Shown one piece after another: positions 50,379 to 60,793 of a stretch of 64,000 bases of DNA (positions within the stretch are counted from its first letter, which is position 1; each line of letters opens with the position of its first letter). Under the pieces are notes generated by a model. It was not told where the DNA came from and made no database searches. It saw nothing but the letters and a program-made list of their open reading frames with translations. The position numbers and the translations under genes were made by a program. Source of the stretch: Candidatus Latescibacterota bacterium (GTDB lineage Bacteria; Latescibacterota; UBA2968; UBA8231); NCBI GenBank assembly GCA_965248355.1, contig OZ252098.1, forward strand, positions 1,632,001 through 1,696,000, read 5' to 3'.

Positions 50379-53300
50379 CCTTCGCCAGCTCCTCGAGCTC
50401 GGCCCGCACCTGATCCCGCACCTGGCGCGCCGACGCCTCCTTGACATGCTCGAAGCCGCGGATGCGCTCCGGCGCCGCGGCGATGCCCAGGATCGCGTCC
50501 AGGCCGGCGCCGCGCTCGAGGGACTCCAGCAGCTCCTCCAGAACCCCCTCGTACCAGGGGATCAGCTCGCGCTCGAGGCGCCGGCACGGAGTGCGCCGGA
50601 AGGGGTCGAGGGCCGTGCCCCGCAGTCCCCGGAAGCGGTAGAGCAGGCCCATCAGCGGCCGGATCCACGGGCCGAGGCGGATCTTCCCGAGACCGAAGGG
50701 GCGCAGCGTCGGCGGATGCAGCTTGTGAGAGACGCGCACGGGACCATCGAACAAGGCCTCGATCCGCCGTGAGCTCTCCCCCTCCGAGATCAGCCGGGCG
50801 ACCTCGTACTCGTCCTTGTAGGTCATGAGCCGGTGCAGGCTCCTGGCCACCGACAGGGTCAGCCTCTCGCCCGGGCCCGCTGCCTCCGCGGCTCTCTCGG
50901 CGTCGCGCACGCGCTCCAGGACCCTGACGTAGCGGCCGGCCCAGGCGCTGTCCTGCCAGTCCACGAGGTGGGCGATGCGATGGCTCACCACGCGCTCCCC
51001 TTCGGCGGACAGCTCGAGGGACCGCAGGGCTCTCTCGTGCTCGGCCAGGCCCTCGCGGTCGGCGGCCAGCCGCGCCCGGCTGCGCTCGACCACGGAGGCC
51101 GCGTCGGGGCGGGGGCTGCCGACCGCCGCGTGCACCCGGGACGGGTCGGCCACGGCCAGCCGGCCCCAGCGGAAGGCCCGCAGGTTGTCCTCCACCGCCT
51201 TGCCGTTCAGCCGGATCACCGCCTCCAGCGACCGCGCGCTCAGAGGCAGCTGCCCGGACTGGCAGGCGACGCCGAGGAGGATGACGTTGGCGAACAGGAT
51301 ATCGCCGAAGAGTCCCTCGGCCAGCCAGTACGTGTCCACGTAGAGGTTGTCGTCCTTGCGGCTGCAGGCGTCGATCGTCTCCGCGAGGCGGTCGGGATCG
51401 GGGAAGCGCATCTCCGGATGCCGGTTCAGCTCGGCCGTGGGCAGGCGGGTCGTGCTCACCACGGCCACCGTGCGGCCGGGGTCGGCGTAGCGCAGGTTGG
51501 ACGGCTCGGCCGCTCTCAGCAGGTCGAACCCGATGTACAAGTCGGCGCTGCCCGGCAGCAGGCGGTGGAAGGCCGGCTGCCGGGAGCGGCCCAGCTGGAT
51601 CGGCGCTTCCACGGGCCCCCCCTTCTGCGCCAGGCCCGTGTTGTTGGACAGGTACACGCACAGCCCGTCGAGCAGCGCCGCCCAGGCGATGAGATGGGAG
51701 ACGGTGACCACGCCGGTACCGCCGCGGCCGACGGTGAAGAGGGTGAAGGTTTCCTCCTCCGCCAGCTGCCGCCGCCTCGGCTCGGGGATCTCGTCGAGGA
51801 TCGGCGGACTGCGGCGGGCGAGGCGGGTCCTGCCCTTCGCCTGGACCGTCAGGAAGGAGGGGCACTCGCCGTCGAGGCAGAGCTCGTCCTGCATGCAGCT
51901 GGCCTGCTGCACCTGGGTCTTGTCGCCGAGCTCGGTGTCGACGCTGTAGAGGGCGGCGCAGCCCTCGGACTGGCGCAGGCAGTCGCCGCAGCCCTCGCAG
52001 ATCTCCTCGTCGATGAAGACGTACTCGTCGGGTGCCCCGCCCTGCCGCCGCCGCCGGCGCCCTTTCTCGGTGGCGCACTCCTTGTCGAGGATGATCACCG
52101 TCGTCCCCGGGGCCTGGCGGTAGTGGGCGATCGCCTCGGCCTGCCGTTGCAGGGGAAAGAGGCGCACCCGCCGGTCGCCGGCGACGGTCCCATAGCTGGC
52201 CGTCTGGTCGCCGACGATGCCGACCTCCCGCACGCCGAGGGCGATCAGCTCCCCGGCGACCTCGGCCACCGACCGGGCGCCGCCGGGCTGCTGGCCGCCG
52301 GTGAGCGCCACGGAGCCGTTGAACAGCAGCAGGAAGGTGATGTTCACGTCCCCCTGCACGCAGCTCTGCACGGCGCCCCGGCCGGAGTGGAAGTAGCTGC
52401 CGTCGCCGAGGTACTGGAAGATGTGCCGGTTGTCGTTGAAGACGGCCGTGCCGGAGTAGATCGAGCCGCCGGCGCCCATGGTGGGGATGTAGAGGACCCC
52501 CTCGTCGTAGGCCTCCATGGCGCGGATCGAGCTGCAGCCGATGGCCCCTCCCGGCTTCTCCCCTTCGAGGGCGCGGAAGCTGTTGTACGGGCACCCCCCG
52601 CAGGACATGGGGGCGACCTTCGGCACCTGCGGCAGGCGGCGCTGGCCGATGGACTCGACGTGCCGCAGCGCCGGAGGCGGCGACCTCTGGCCGAGCAGGG
52701 GGGACATGAGGCCGGCCAGGGCCTCCGGGTCGACCTCTCCCCACGAGGGCACGAGGGGCCGGCCCGACCCGTCGCGCTCGCCGAGGACCTCGCGCACCCC
52801 GGTCCCCCACAGGGCGGCCTTGACGCCCTCCTCGACGAAGGGCCCCGGCTCCTCCACCACCAGGACCCGCTCCACCCCGCTCTCGGCGGCGAACCGGCGG
52901 ACGGCCTCCCGGTCCAGCGGCCAGGTGACGGACAACTGCAGGGTCGGCGCCCGGACCCCGAGCAGCTCGAGGGCCTGGGCCACGTCGACGAAGCTCTTGC
53001 CCGTGGCCACGATGCCGAGAGGGCCGCCCGCCTCCGGCCAGTGGGTTCGGTTGAGCTCGTTGAGACGCACGTAGGCCTCGGCCAGGGGCGCCTTGCGCTC
53101 CACCAGCTCCCGCTGCATGGGGAGCGCTCCCAGGGCCATGACGATGGGATGGAAGCGCTTGACGTACCCGGGGTCGGGCAGGCGGGCGTCGAACCGGGCC
53201 GCGTCGCCGCGAACCGTGCTCGCCCCGTCGCAGACCGGGGTGACGAGCTTCAGGGCGGTCACCATGCCGAGCCAGCGGCTCAGGGCGATGGCGTGGGCGC

Positions 53301-53826
53301 CCAGGCGCAGGACCTCCTCCACGTCGGCCGGGTAGAAGGTGGGCACCCAGCTCGAGCGCAGGGCCCAGTCGCTGGCCCCGGGGGAGACGGAGCTCTTGGA
53401 GCGGTGGTCCTCGCCGCACAGCAGGACCATGGAGCCGCGGCCCGAGGAGCCGGTGAGGTTGGCGAGCCAGGTCTCGTCCGGGATCCACATGGTGCCGTGG
53501 GCCTTCCCGTACCAGAAGGCGTCCACGTCGGCCGAGGGCGCGTACTGGCTGCCGAGCATGGCCGAGGCCGCCGTCTTCTCGTTGATGCCGAACTGGTGGA
53601 CCGTGCGCCCCGACTCGTTGAGGAGGTCCAGCTCTTCGACCACGGCCAGGTCGAGCCCGCCCAGGGGCGAGCCCTCGTAGCCGCTGATGTAGGTCTGGTT
53701 GACGGAGGCGCCCGATTCGCGGTCGTGGCGCTGCTTGTCCAGGAGCAGGCGGACGATGGCCTCGACACCGGTGAGGAAAACGGTGCCGTCTCGCTTTCGA
53801 AACTTGTCGGAGAGCGCTGGAGGCAA
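50368..53826 (-). CDS. Indolepyruvate:ferredoxin oxidoreductase family protein (fused alpha/beta)
   Basis: FLTGVEA..R, ISGY.GSPLGG, GINE, WYGK, GEDH.SKSS, C.GCP.N, LGDGSY.HSG, CEGCGDC, CPSF, G.GGTGVVT, GLAQKGG, YKDEYEVAR, IRGF.HVK. Confidence 0.95.
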   Translation of the reverse strand: MPPALSDKFRKRDGTVFLTGVEAIVRLLLDKQRHDRESGASVNQTYISGYEGSPLGGLDLAVVEELDLLNESGRTVHQFGINEKTAASAMLGSQYAPSADVDAFWYGKAHGTMWIPDETWLANLTGSSGRGSMVLLCGEDHRSKSSVSPGASDWALRSSWVPTFYPADVEEVLRLGAHAIALSRWLGMVTALKLVTPVCDGASTVRGDAARFDARLPDPGYVKRFHPIVMALGALPMQRELVERKAPLAEAYVRLNELNRTHWPEAGGPLGIVATGKSFVDVAQALELLGVRAPTLQLSVTWPLDREAVRRFAAESGVERVLVVEEPGPFVEEGVKAALWGTGVREVLGERDGSGRPLVPSWGEVDPEALAGLMSPLLGQRSPPPALRHVESIGQRRLPQVPKVAPMSCGGCPYNSFRALEGEKPGGAIGCSSIRAMEAYDEGVLYIPTMGAGGSIYSGTAVFNDNRHIFQYLGDGSYFHSGRGAVQSCVQGDVNITFLLLFNGSVALTGGQQPGGARSVAEVAGELIALGVREVGIVGDQTASYGTVAGDRRVRLFPLQRQAEAIAHYRQAPGTTVIILDKECATEKGRRRRRQGGAPDEYVFIDEEICEGCGDCLRQSEGCAALYSVDTELGDKTQVQQASCMQDELCLDGECPSFLTVQAKGRTRLARRSPPILDEIPEPRRRQLAEEETFTLFTVGRGGTGVVTVSHLIAWAALLDGLCVYLSNNTGLAQKGGPVEAPIQLGRSRQPAFHRLLPGSADLYIGFDLLRAAEPSNLRYADPGRTVAVVSTTRLPTAELNRHPEMRFPDPDRLAETIDACSRKDDNLYVDTYWLAEGLFGDILFANVILLGVACQSGQLPLSARSLEAVIRLNGKAVEDNLRAFRWGRLAVADPSRVHAAVGSPRPDAASVVERSRARLAADREGLAEHERALRSLELSAEGERVVSHRIAHLVDWQDSAWAGRYVRVLERVRDAERAAEAAGPGERLTLSVARSLHRLMTYKDEYEVARLISEGESSRRIEALFDGPVRVSHKLHPPTLRPFGLGKIRLGPWIRPLMGLLYRFRGLRGTALDPFRRTPCRRLERELIPWYEGVLEELLESLERGAGLDAILGIAAAPERIRGFEHVKEASARQVRDQVRAELEELAKVRA

Positions 53827-54074
53827 GGGCGGACCTGCTCTATCTTGCGGTTTTTACAGGGGTTGGGTGGCCTGAGTATAGCTCCGTCCTCGATCCGCGG
53901 CAAGCTGGTTCGCGGCCCGGCCGCGGCCCTCCACCCCGGGTGCGGGCCGGCGCGGAGGGGTTCGGTTCATGGCGCCTTCGAATCCGGGGTTCACGGGGTT
54001 GCCCGGCCGAGGCCGGCGCCCGTAAATTCGCCCCCCCTTCGTTTGAGTCAGCCCTCTCTACAGGAAGCCCCGCA

Positions 54075-54371
54075 ATGGCCGAGACCATCGACGAGTTGAC
54101 CATCCACTACGAGGAAGACGGGCAGGTCCTGCGCAAGCAGCTCGACAAGGAGGTCCTGAGCAAGGGCTCGTGGACGACGATCATGTTCCTCTACCAGGAC
54201 CTCGACCGCCGGACCGGCGAGTACGGCAACCAGAAGGTCTCCATCCGGCGCTACCAGAAGCGTGAGGGCACCTACCAGCAGCGCAGCAAGTTCGAGATCT
54301 CGAGCCCGGCCCAGGCCCGCGCCGTACGCGACCGCATCGAAGGCTGGTTCGGCAACGAGGACCGGCCGTGA
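54075..54371 (+). CDS. Small hypothetical protein (98 aa)
   Basis: Strong codon bias; MAETIDELTI.YEEDG...LSKGSWTTIMF...IRRYQK; GTGA overlap with the next gene. Confidence 0.8.
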   Translation: MAETIDELTIHYEEDGQVLRKQLDKEVLSKGSWTTIMFLYQDLDRRTGEYGNQKVSIRRYQKREGTYQQRSKFEISSPAQARAVRDRIEGWFGNEDRP

Positions 54372-55429
54372 GCCACACCTATCGGGCCGTCCTGGCGGGA
54401 CTGACCGGCATCGGGTCCGGCCGCATCCAGGAGAGCGGGGGCTCGCCCGTGTACCGGCCCATGCCCGGGTCCCACGCCGCGGCCTACCACGAGCACCCGA
54501 GGACCGAGCTGGTGGCCGTCTGCGACCTGCGGCAGGAGGCGATCGACGAGTTCCTGGCCAGGTGGGGCGACGTCTGGCCCCAGGTGCGCGCCTACACCGA
54601 CTTCGCCGAAATGGTGGCCCGGGAGGAGGCCGATCTCGTCAGCATCGCCACCTCCGACCACGCCCATGCCGACCTGTGCGTGCAGGCCGCCGAGGCCGGG
54701 GCCCGGGCGATCCTGTGCGAGAAGCCGATCGCCACCACCCTCGCCGACGCCGACCGCATGATCGCCGCCTGTGAGGCCCACGGCGTGCCCCTCTCCGTCG
54801 AGCACACGCGGCGCTGGGACCCGCGGCATCTCGCCGCCCGGCGCATCCTGCGCAGCGGCGATCTCGGTCCGGTGCGCACCATCTCGGCAGAGCTCTTCAG
54901 CCGCCGCGCCATGCTCTTCCGCAACGGCACCCACCTGATCGACCTGATCCCCTTCTTCGCCGAGAGGGAGGTGCAGTGGCTGGTGGCCGATCTCGAGGAC
55001 GGCTTCGAGGATTACAATGAGTACGCCGGCGACGGGGGCCGCGACCCGGACCTGGAACCCTGCGTCTCGGCCTACCTCCGGTGCGCCGGGGACGTGCGCG
55101 TCTTCGTCAACATCTACAAGGCGGCCTTTCCGGGATCCCAAGTGATCATCACCTGCGAGGAGGGCCGCATCGAGGTGAGCGACCGCGGCGGCCGGGTGAT
55201 CCGCGGCAGCTCCCACTTCGACTGGACGGCCTCCGAGCTCCGGGTGGACAGCTTCCTCTACGAACGCCAGCTGGCGGCGGTCCACGAGCTGATCGAGAAG
55301 CTCGAGAACCCGGAGACCGAGCTCGCCTCCTCCGGCCGGGAGGCTCGCAAGACCCTGGAGATCATCCTGGCCATGCTCGCCAGCCACACCGCGGGCAACC
55401 GCCGGGTGGACCTGCCCCTGTCTTCCTGA
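54368..55429 (+). CDS. Gfo/Idh/MocA family oxidoreductase
   Basis: [37 protein letters not shown]. Confidence 0.92.
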   Translation: MSHTYRAVLAGLTGIGSGRIQESGGSPVYRPMPGSHAAAYHEHPRTELVAVCDLRQEAIDEFLARWGDVWPQVRAYTDFAEMVAREEADLVSIATSDHAHADLCVQAAEAGARAILCEKPIATTLADADRMIAACEAHGVPLSVEHTRRWDPRHLAARRILRSGDLGPVRTISAELFSRRAMLFRNGTHLIDLIPFFAEREVQWLVADLEDGFEDYNEYAGDGGRDPDLEPCVSAYLRCAGDVRVFVNIYKAAFPGSQVIITCEEGRIEVSDRGGRVIRGSSHFDWTASELRVDSFLYERQLAAVHELIEKLENPETELASSGREARKTLEIILAMLASHTAGNRRVDLPLSS

Positions 55430-55538
55430 ACCTGCCGTGGCTGCACGTCGTCGGCCAGGACGAAGACGTCCGCCTGGCCTGGTCCCGGCCTCCTTCACCA
55501 GGACGAGAACCGTGGATGCGGGCCGCCGCTCTCATCGC

Positions 55539-55567
55539 TTGTCCGTTCCCGGGACCGGGGTTATACT
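55539..55567 (+). promoter_or_regulatory. Sigma-70-type promoter for a probably leaderless ispG transcript
   Basis: TTGTCC-17-TATACT then 7 nt to ATG; no SD sequence. Confidence 0.65.
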
Positions 55568-55574
55568 CGCCCTC

Positions 55575-56711
55575 ATGGGCGAGCGTCCGCGAAATCCCAC
55601 CCGTTCGGTCCGCATCGGCGATCTGTCCATCGGCGCCGGGCACCCCGTGGCCGTGCAGAGCATGGCCGCTACGCGCACCCAGGACGTGGAGGCCACCCTC
55701 CGCCAGGTCCGGCTGCTGGAGGCGGCGGGGGCGGATATCATCCGGATCGCCGTGGACAGCCGCAAGGACACGGAGGCCCTGGCCCAGGTGGCCGAGTCCG
55801 CCACCCGGCCCCTCTCCGTCGACCTGCAGGAGAACTACCGCCTGGCCGAGGTCGTGGCTCCCCACGTGCAGAAGATCCGCTACAATCCCGGTCATCTCTA
55901 CCATCATGAGCGCCGGCGCCCCGAACGCGACAAGGTTGCGTACCTGGCGGAGGTGGCCGCGGCCAACGACTGCGCCATTCGCGTGGGCGTGAACTGCGGC
56001 TCCGTCGATCCGGCCAAGGCCGAGCAGTTCCCGGAGGACGACTCCATAGGGCCCATGCTCGCCTCCGCCCTCGAGCACTGCGAGATGCTCGATACCATCG
56101 GCTTCGAGCGCTACTGCGTCTCCCTGAAGGACTCCGACCCGAACAAGGTCATCGACGCCAACCGCCGCTTCGCCGAGCAGCGTCCCGACGTCCCCCTGCA
56201 CCTCGGCGTCACCGAGGCGGGCATGCCCCCCGACGGCGTCATCAAGACCCGGATCGCCTTCGAGCAGCTGCTCTCCGACGGCATCGGCGACACCGTCCGC
56301 GTCTCCCTCACCCTGCCCTTCGACGACAAGGGGGAGGAGATCACCACGGGCCGCCGGATCCTCGAGGACATCGAGGCCGGCCGCTTCCGGTCGGTGCCCC
56401 GGTACCGGCCCGAGGGCATCAACATCATCTCCTGTCCCTCCTGCTCGCGGGTCGAGAACGAGGCCTTCATCGAGCTGGCCCACAAGGTCCGGGATGTGAC
56501 CGAGTACGCGAAGATGCACTCCATCACCATCGCCGTCATGGGGTGCCGCGTGAACGGGCCGGGAGAGACCGACGACGCCGATCTCGGCTTGTGGTGCGCG
56601 CCGACCTTCGTCAACCTGAAGCGCGGTCCCGAGCTGGTGGGCCGGTTCGGCTACGACGAGGTCCTCGACCGGCTCCGGGAGCAGGTCGACCAGGTGATCA
56701 CGTCGCGCTGA
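55575..56711 (+). CDS. ispG: (E)-4-hydroxy-3-methylbut-2-enyl-diphosphate synthase
   Basis: [67 protein letters not shown]. Confidence 0.96.
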   Translation: MGERPRNPTRSVRIGDLSIGAGHPVAVQSMAATRTQDVEATLRQVRLLEAAGADIIRIAVDSRKDTEALAQVAESATRPLSVDLQENYRLAEVVAPHVQKIRYNPGHLYHHERRRPERDKVAYLAEVAAANDCAIRVGVNCGSVDPAKAEQFPEDDSIGPMLASALEHCEMLDTIGFERYCVSLKDSDPNKVIDANRRFAEQRPDVPLHLGVTEAGMPPDGVIKTRIAFEQLLSDGIGDTVRVSLTLPFDDKGEEITTGRRILEDIEAGRFRSVPRYRPEGINIISCPSCSRVENEAFIELAHKVRDVTEYAKMHSITIAVMGCRVNGPGETDDADLGLWCAPTFVNLKRGPELVGRFGYDEVLDRLREQVDQVITSR

Positions 56712-57627
56712 AGCCCCCGCGGCGATCCACCCCCCACCTCGAGAGCTCCGCCTCCAGGGCCCGCCGGCCCTCGTCGTCGAGATCAACCCTCGGCGGCCGC
56801 ACCCGTCCGCCGCACAGACCCGCGGCGTCGAGGCCGGCCTTGATCAGGGCCTCCCCGTAGCGGTTCCGCAGCCTCTCCAGCGGCGCCAGCCGGCGCTGGA
56901 TCTCGACCATCTTCCCCCACTCCCGCTGCCTGGCCAGCCGCTCAAGCTCCAGTTCCGGCCCGGGCAGGAAGTTGATGAAGCCCGCCGTGAACCCCTCGAT
57001 CCCCGCCTGGTAGCGCAGGTGGAGGACGCCCGGGTCGTGGCGCTTGTTGCCGATCCAGACGAAGCGGTCCCCCAGGCGCTGGATGGCCCGGAACAGGGGA
57101 TGGTCGTCGAGGCACGGGTCCTTGACGCCGATCACGGCGTCGATGCCGGCGAGGCGCTCGAAGAACCCGGCGCTCCAGCCCTGGGTGTTGTACGGGAACA
57201 GCCACAAGCCGGGGACGCGCTCGGCGATCAGGCGCAGGTGGTCGAGGACGCCGGTGAGGTCGTCGGGGACCCCGTTGCGCTGGAAGGGCGGCATGGCCAG
57301 GCAGACGCGGGCCCCGGCGGCCCGGCAGCGGTGAGCCAGCTCCACGGCGGCGGCGCTGTTGCCCGGCAGGGTGGGGGTCACCAGGGCCGCGTCGCCGACG
57401 GTCTCCAGGGCCACCTCGGCCAGGCGCCCCAGCTCCTCGGCGCTCAGGGCGTCGATCTCCCCCGTGCCGCCGCCGACGTTGATCACGCGCACGCCCTGGT
57501 CGACCAGGAACCGCAGGTTGCCGGCGAAGCCCTCCCAGTCGACGCTCAGCAGGTCGTCGGCGCGGAAGGGCGTGACCGCGTAGGCGTGCACGGCCTTCAG
57601 CTGTTGGCGCAGATCCTGCGTCACCAT
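56698..57627 (-). CDS. Dihydrodipicolinate synthase-family lyase (KdgD-like)
   Basis: VTPF..D...VD, GGGTGE..LS.EE, PYN, VIGVKD; GGAGAGG RBS; upstream TTGACC-17-TATTAT. Confidence 0.88.
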   Translation of the reverse strand: MVTQDLRQQLKAVHAYAVTPFRADDLLSVDWEGFAGNLRFLVDQGVRVINVGGGTGEIDALSAEELGRLAEVALETVGDAALVTPTLPGNSAAAVELAHRCRAAGARVCLAMPPFQRNGVPDDLTGVLDHLRLIAERVPGLWLFPYNTQGWSAGFFERLAGIDAVIGVKDPCLDDHPLFRAIQRLGDRFVWIGNKRHDPGVLHLRYQAGIEGFTAGFINFLPGPELELERLARQREWGKMVEIQRRLAPLERLRNRYGEALIKAGLDAAGLCGGRVRPPRVDLDDEGRRALEAELSRWGVDRRGGFSAT

Positions 57628-57721
57628 CCTCTCCTTCCCGGTGGCCGGCCGTCGCTTCGGGCGGCGGTTTTTCGCATAATAGGCGGCCCTCTCAAGACGG
57701 TCAACGAAAGGCGAACAGGAG

Positions 57722-58459
57722 ATGATCACGGGAGAAGTCAGGCTGTGGAAGCTTACCCGCAAGCAGATCCGGGAACGTCTGGCGGCGGGTCAGATCAAGG
57801 GCGTCATCCTGCCCACGGGCAGCACCGAGCAGCACAACGAGCACCTGGAGATCGAGCACGACACGGCCAGCGCCGTCCACGTGGCGCACCAGGCGGCCCT
57901 CGGCCTGTTTCCCAAGGTCGTGGTGGCCACGCCGATCGCGGTGGGCATCTCGGAGCACTGGATGGAGTGGCCGGGCACGCTGACCCTGCGGCCCGAGACC
58001 TTCTTCTCCGTCGCCTACGACACCTGCGAGAGCCTCGCCCGCCACGGCGTGGAGCACGTGCTGATCTGCAACGGCCACGCCGGCAACAGTCCCCTGAAGG
58101 AGCAGGTGGCCGGTTTCAGCGACAAGCTCGGCATCGACGTGCGGTTCCACTCCTACTGGGAGGCCTACTCCCGGGAACTGGTGGAACAGCAGATGGAGTC
58201 GGGCGACTGTCCGGCCCACGCCGCCGAGTTCGAGACCTCCTTCGCCCTGGCCGCCTTCCCGGAAAACGTCCACTGGGAGGGCGTCGACTACGACGCCGAG
58301 ACCTTCGACATCCAGCGCGAGGGCTATCGCGACCGCGACGCCCCCTACCACTACGCCGCCCGGGACTTTGCCACCCCCCACAAGGGCCGCGTCATGATCG
58401 ACGCCGCCGTCGAGTGGGTGGCCGGACGGATCACGGAGATGATGGAGGATCCCAATTGA
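57722..58459 (+). CDS. Creatininase family protein
   Basis: ILPTGSTEQH..HL...HD, G.SEH, PGTLTL, NGHAGN, HAAEFETS. Confidence 0.92.
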   Translation: MITGEVRLWKLTRKQIRERLAAGQIKGVILPTGSTEQHNEHLEIEHDTASAVHVAHQAALGLFPKVVVATPIAVGISEHWMEWPGTLTLRPETFFSVAYDTCESLARHGVEHVLICNGHAGNSPLKEQVAGFSDKLGIDVRFHSYWEAYSRELVEQQMESGDCPAHAAEFETSFALAAFPENVHWEGVDYDAETFDIQREGYRDRDAPYHYAARDFATPHKGRVMIDAAVEWVAGRITEMMEDPN

Positions 58460-59196
58460 AGAACCCGATCCGCGAGGACCTGGCCGCCGGGCGGCCCTCG
58501 GTGGGCTCCTGGTTGAACCTGGCCTCGCCCCTGGCGGCGGAGGTCATGGCCGGCGCCGGCTTCCCGTGGCTGTGCGTCGACGCCGAGCACGCCGCCTACG
58601 ACATGGAGTCGATCGCCCACTCCTTGCGCGCCATCGAGTCGCGGGGCGCCTTTCCCCTGGTGCGCGCCTGGGACCACGACCCGGTGACCGCCGGCCGGCT
58701 CCTCGACGCCGGCGCCCGGGGGATCTGCTTCCCCCACGTGAGCAACCCGGAGCAGGCCGAGTCCCTGGCCCGGGCGATGCGCTACCCGCCGCGGGGCACG
58801 CGCTCCTCCGGCACCGGCCGCTGCGTCACCCTCGATCCGGCCTACCGGTCCCTGGCCGACGACGACGTGCTCTGCATCCCCCAGATCGAGGACCCCGAGG
58901 GCATCGACCAGGCCGAGGCGATCGCCCGCGTCGAGGGCGTCGACATCGGCTTCCTGGGGCCCAGCGACCTGGCCCTGGCCATGGGCGTGGAGCCCGGCTG
59001 CGACGAGCACGAGGCCGCCCTGCAGCGGTTCCGCGAGGGCTGCGCCCGGGCCGGGACCCCCTCCGGCATCCCCGCCCCCGACGGGGCCGCGGCCAGACGG
59101 CGGATCGCCGAGGGCTTCCGGTTCATCGACCTGGCCAACGACTTCCGCTTCCTCCAGCAGGCGGCCGAGGCCGAGCGCAAGGCCGCCCTGTCCTGA
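58456..59196 (+). CDS. HpcH/HpaI class II pyruvate aldolase family protein
   Basis: GF.WL.VDAEH, LLDAGARG, RYPPRGTRS, QIE, FLGPSDL; TTG start overlapping the upstream stop. Confidence 0.92.
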   Translation: MKNPIREDLAAGRPSVGSWLNLASPLAAEVMAGAGFPWLCVDAEHAAYDMESIAHSLRAIESRGAFPLVRAWDHDPVTAGRLLDAGARGICFPHVSNPEQAESLARAMRYPPRGTRSSGTGRCVTLDPAYRSLADDDVLCIPQIEDPEGIDQAEAIARVEGVDIGFLGPSDLALAMGVEPGCDEHEAALQRFREGCARAGTPSGIPAPDGAAARRRIAEGFRFIDLANDFRFLQQAAEAERKAALS

Positions 59197-59228
59197 CCCC
59201 GGCGCCGGTGCGGCGGCCGGGCCGGCCG

Positions 59229-60560
59229 TCACGCCACGGGCTCGAAGGCCGGCGGCAGCGGTAGACCCGAGACCCGCGCGTCCTTCAGGGTCCGCGCGTG
59301 GACGCAGGCGCCTCGGTACGAGAACCCCTTGCACTCGCAGATGACGTCGGTGCCCACCGCCTCGACCCGGTAGTGGACGCCGGCCTTGGTGGAGCTGGCC
59401 ACGCGGTAGACCGATCGCCGGGGACCGCTCAGCACGGCGGCGAGGGCCTGGATCGCCTTCTCCGACACGGGCGCGAGCCGGCCCATGGCTGACGGGTCCG
59501 CACCAGGCGCTTGTTCTGCCATGTACTGCTGCACCTCGTCGGAGCTCAGCTGGTCCGGGTCCAGGGTCCCGAGCCTCCGCCTCAAGCCCTCGAGCACGCG
59601 CCGCAGCTCGGTGAGCAGGTCGGCCTGCGGCCTCCGGCCGAGGGAACGGCCTTCGACCACGTCGTCCACCAGACGCGCCTTGGTCTCGAGCAGAGACCGG
59701 ATGAACTCCTCGATCGTGCCCCGCGCCACCATGTAGGTGACGTTCACCGTGCCGGTCTGGCCGATGCGGTGGGGCCCGGTCCTCCGCCTGCCAGTGGTTG
59801 GCCGGGACCCAGTCGAGGTCGTTGAAGACCACCTGGCGCGTCGCCGCCAGGTTGATCCCGGTGCCGGCCGCGTGCAGCTGCCCCACGAAGATGCGAACGC
59901 CCTCGTCCTCCTGGAAGCGATCGACCATCTCCTGGCGTCGCGCCGCGGGCACGTCCCCGCTGATCACCAGGTGCTTCAACTCGTCCACCAACCCCCGCCG
60001 CAGGTCGACCTCGATCCAGGTGCGGATCTTCGGCCGCAGGTCGACCTCGTCCTTGGTGCGGCGCAGCATGATCCCGTGGAGCTGCACGGCCAGCTCGTCG
60101 AGGCGGCTGGCGCCGCTGGTGATCCAGTGTCCGTAGTCGTTCCGGTGGGCGTCGCAGTAGCGCCGGGCGGAGCCGAGGAAGCTCTTGCCGAGAGAGTGGC
60201 CGACGAGCTGCAGCAGCGGAAACAGATCCCGGGGGCGGTTGGTCAGGGGCGTGCCCGTCAGGGCGTGGACCACCGGGTCCCCCGGGCACTCGGAGACCAG
60301 GCGCGGTATCCGGGCTGCGGCGGCGGGTCGGGTCCGCCCACGTGCGTCTCCGCGCCGGGCAGCACGGCGAGGATCTCGCGCTCCCAGTTGCGTTTGACCG
60401 ACGCGGGACAGATGATGAGGTAGGGGCCCTGCGGGGCGGCCTGGGTGAGGCCGTGGATCGACTGGCGCGTCTTGCCCAGCCCCATGTCGTCGGCCAAGAT
60501 CGAGCGCCGCCGGCCGAGCAGGAAGGCCAGCCCCGACTTGGTGCGGGAACAGAGCCGCGG
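59229..60560 (-). pseudogene. Decayed SNF2/SMARCAL1-like helicase with C-terminal SWIM zinc finger
   Basis: LFPHQV | GLAFLL..SILADDMGLGKT, IICPAS, LTGTP..N, MLRRTK, GTGINL, QAEDRA | HRIGQ, CECKGF..RG.CVH; at least three frame breaks and no DEAH motif. Confidence 0.85.
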
Positions 60561-60586
60561 CCGAGAAACCGCCTGCCGGGAGAGAT

Positions 60587-60731
60587 CTGCCCCGACCTGT
60601 TCTCCGACTACGGCCAAGGCCCGAAGCTGCTCGAGCTCGACCGCTTCGAGATCACGCCCGAGATCCTCGCCGATCCGCAGAAGGCCCTGGATGCGATGAT
60701 CCGCCGGCTCTACGGCGGCAAGACGGGATAG
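60587..60731 (+). pseudogene. Orphan C-terminal gene fragment of unknown family
   Basis: CPDLFSDYGQGPKLLELDRFEITPEILADPQKALDAMIRRLYGGKTG* with host-like codons, no start, abutting the broken SNF2 5' end. Confidence 0.35.
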
Positions 60732-60793
60732 GCGCCAGCCTGCCCGTGCTCGCGCAGACGCCGGGACGTCCGGCTCGGCGTCGCGCGTGCCGG

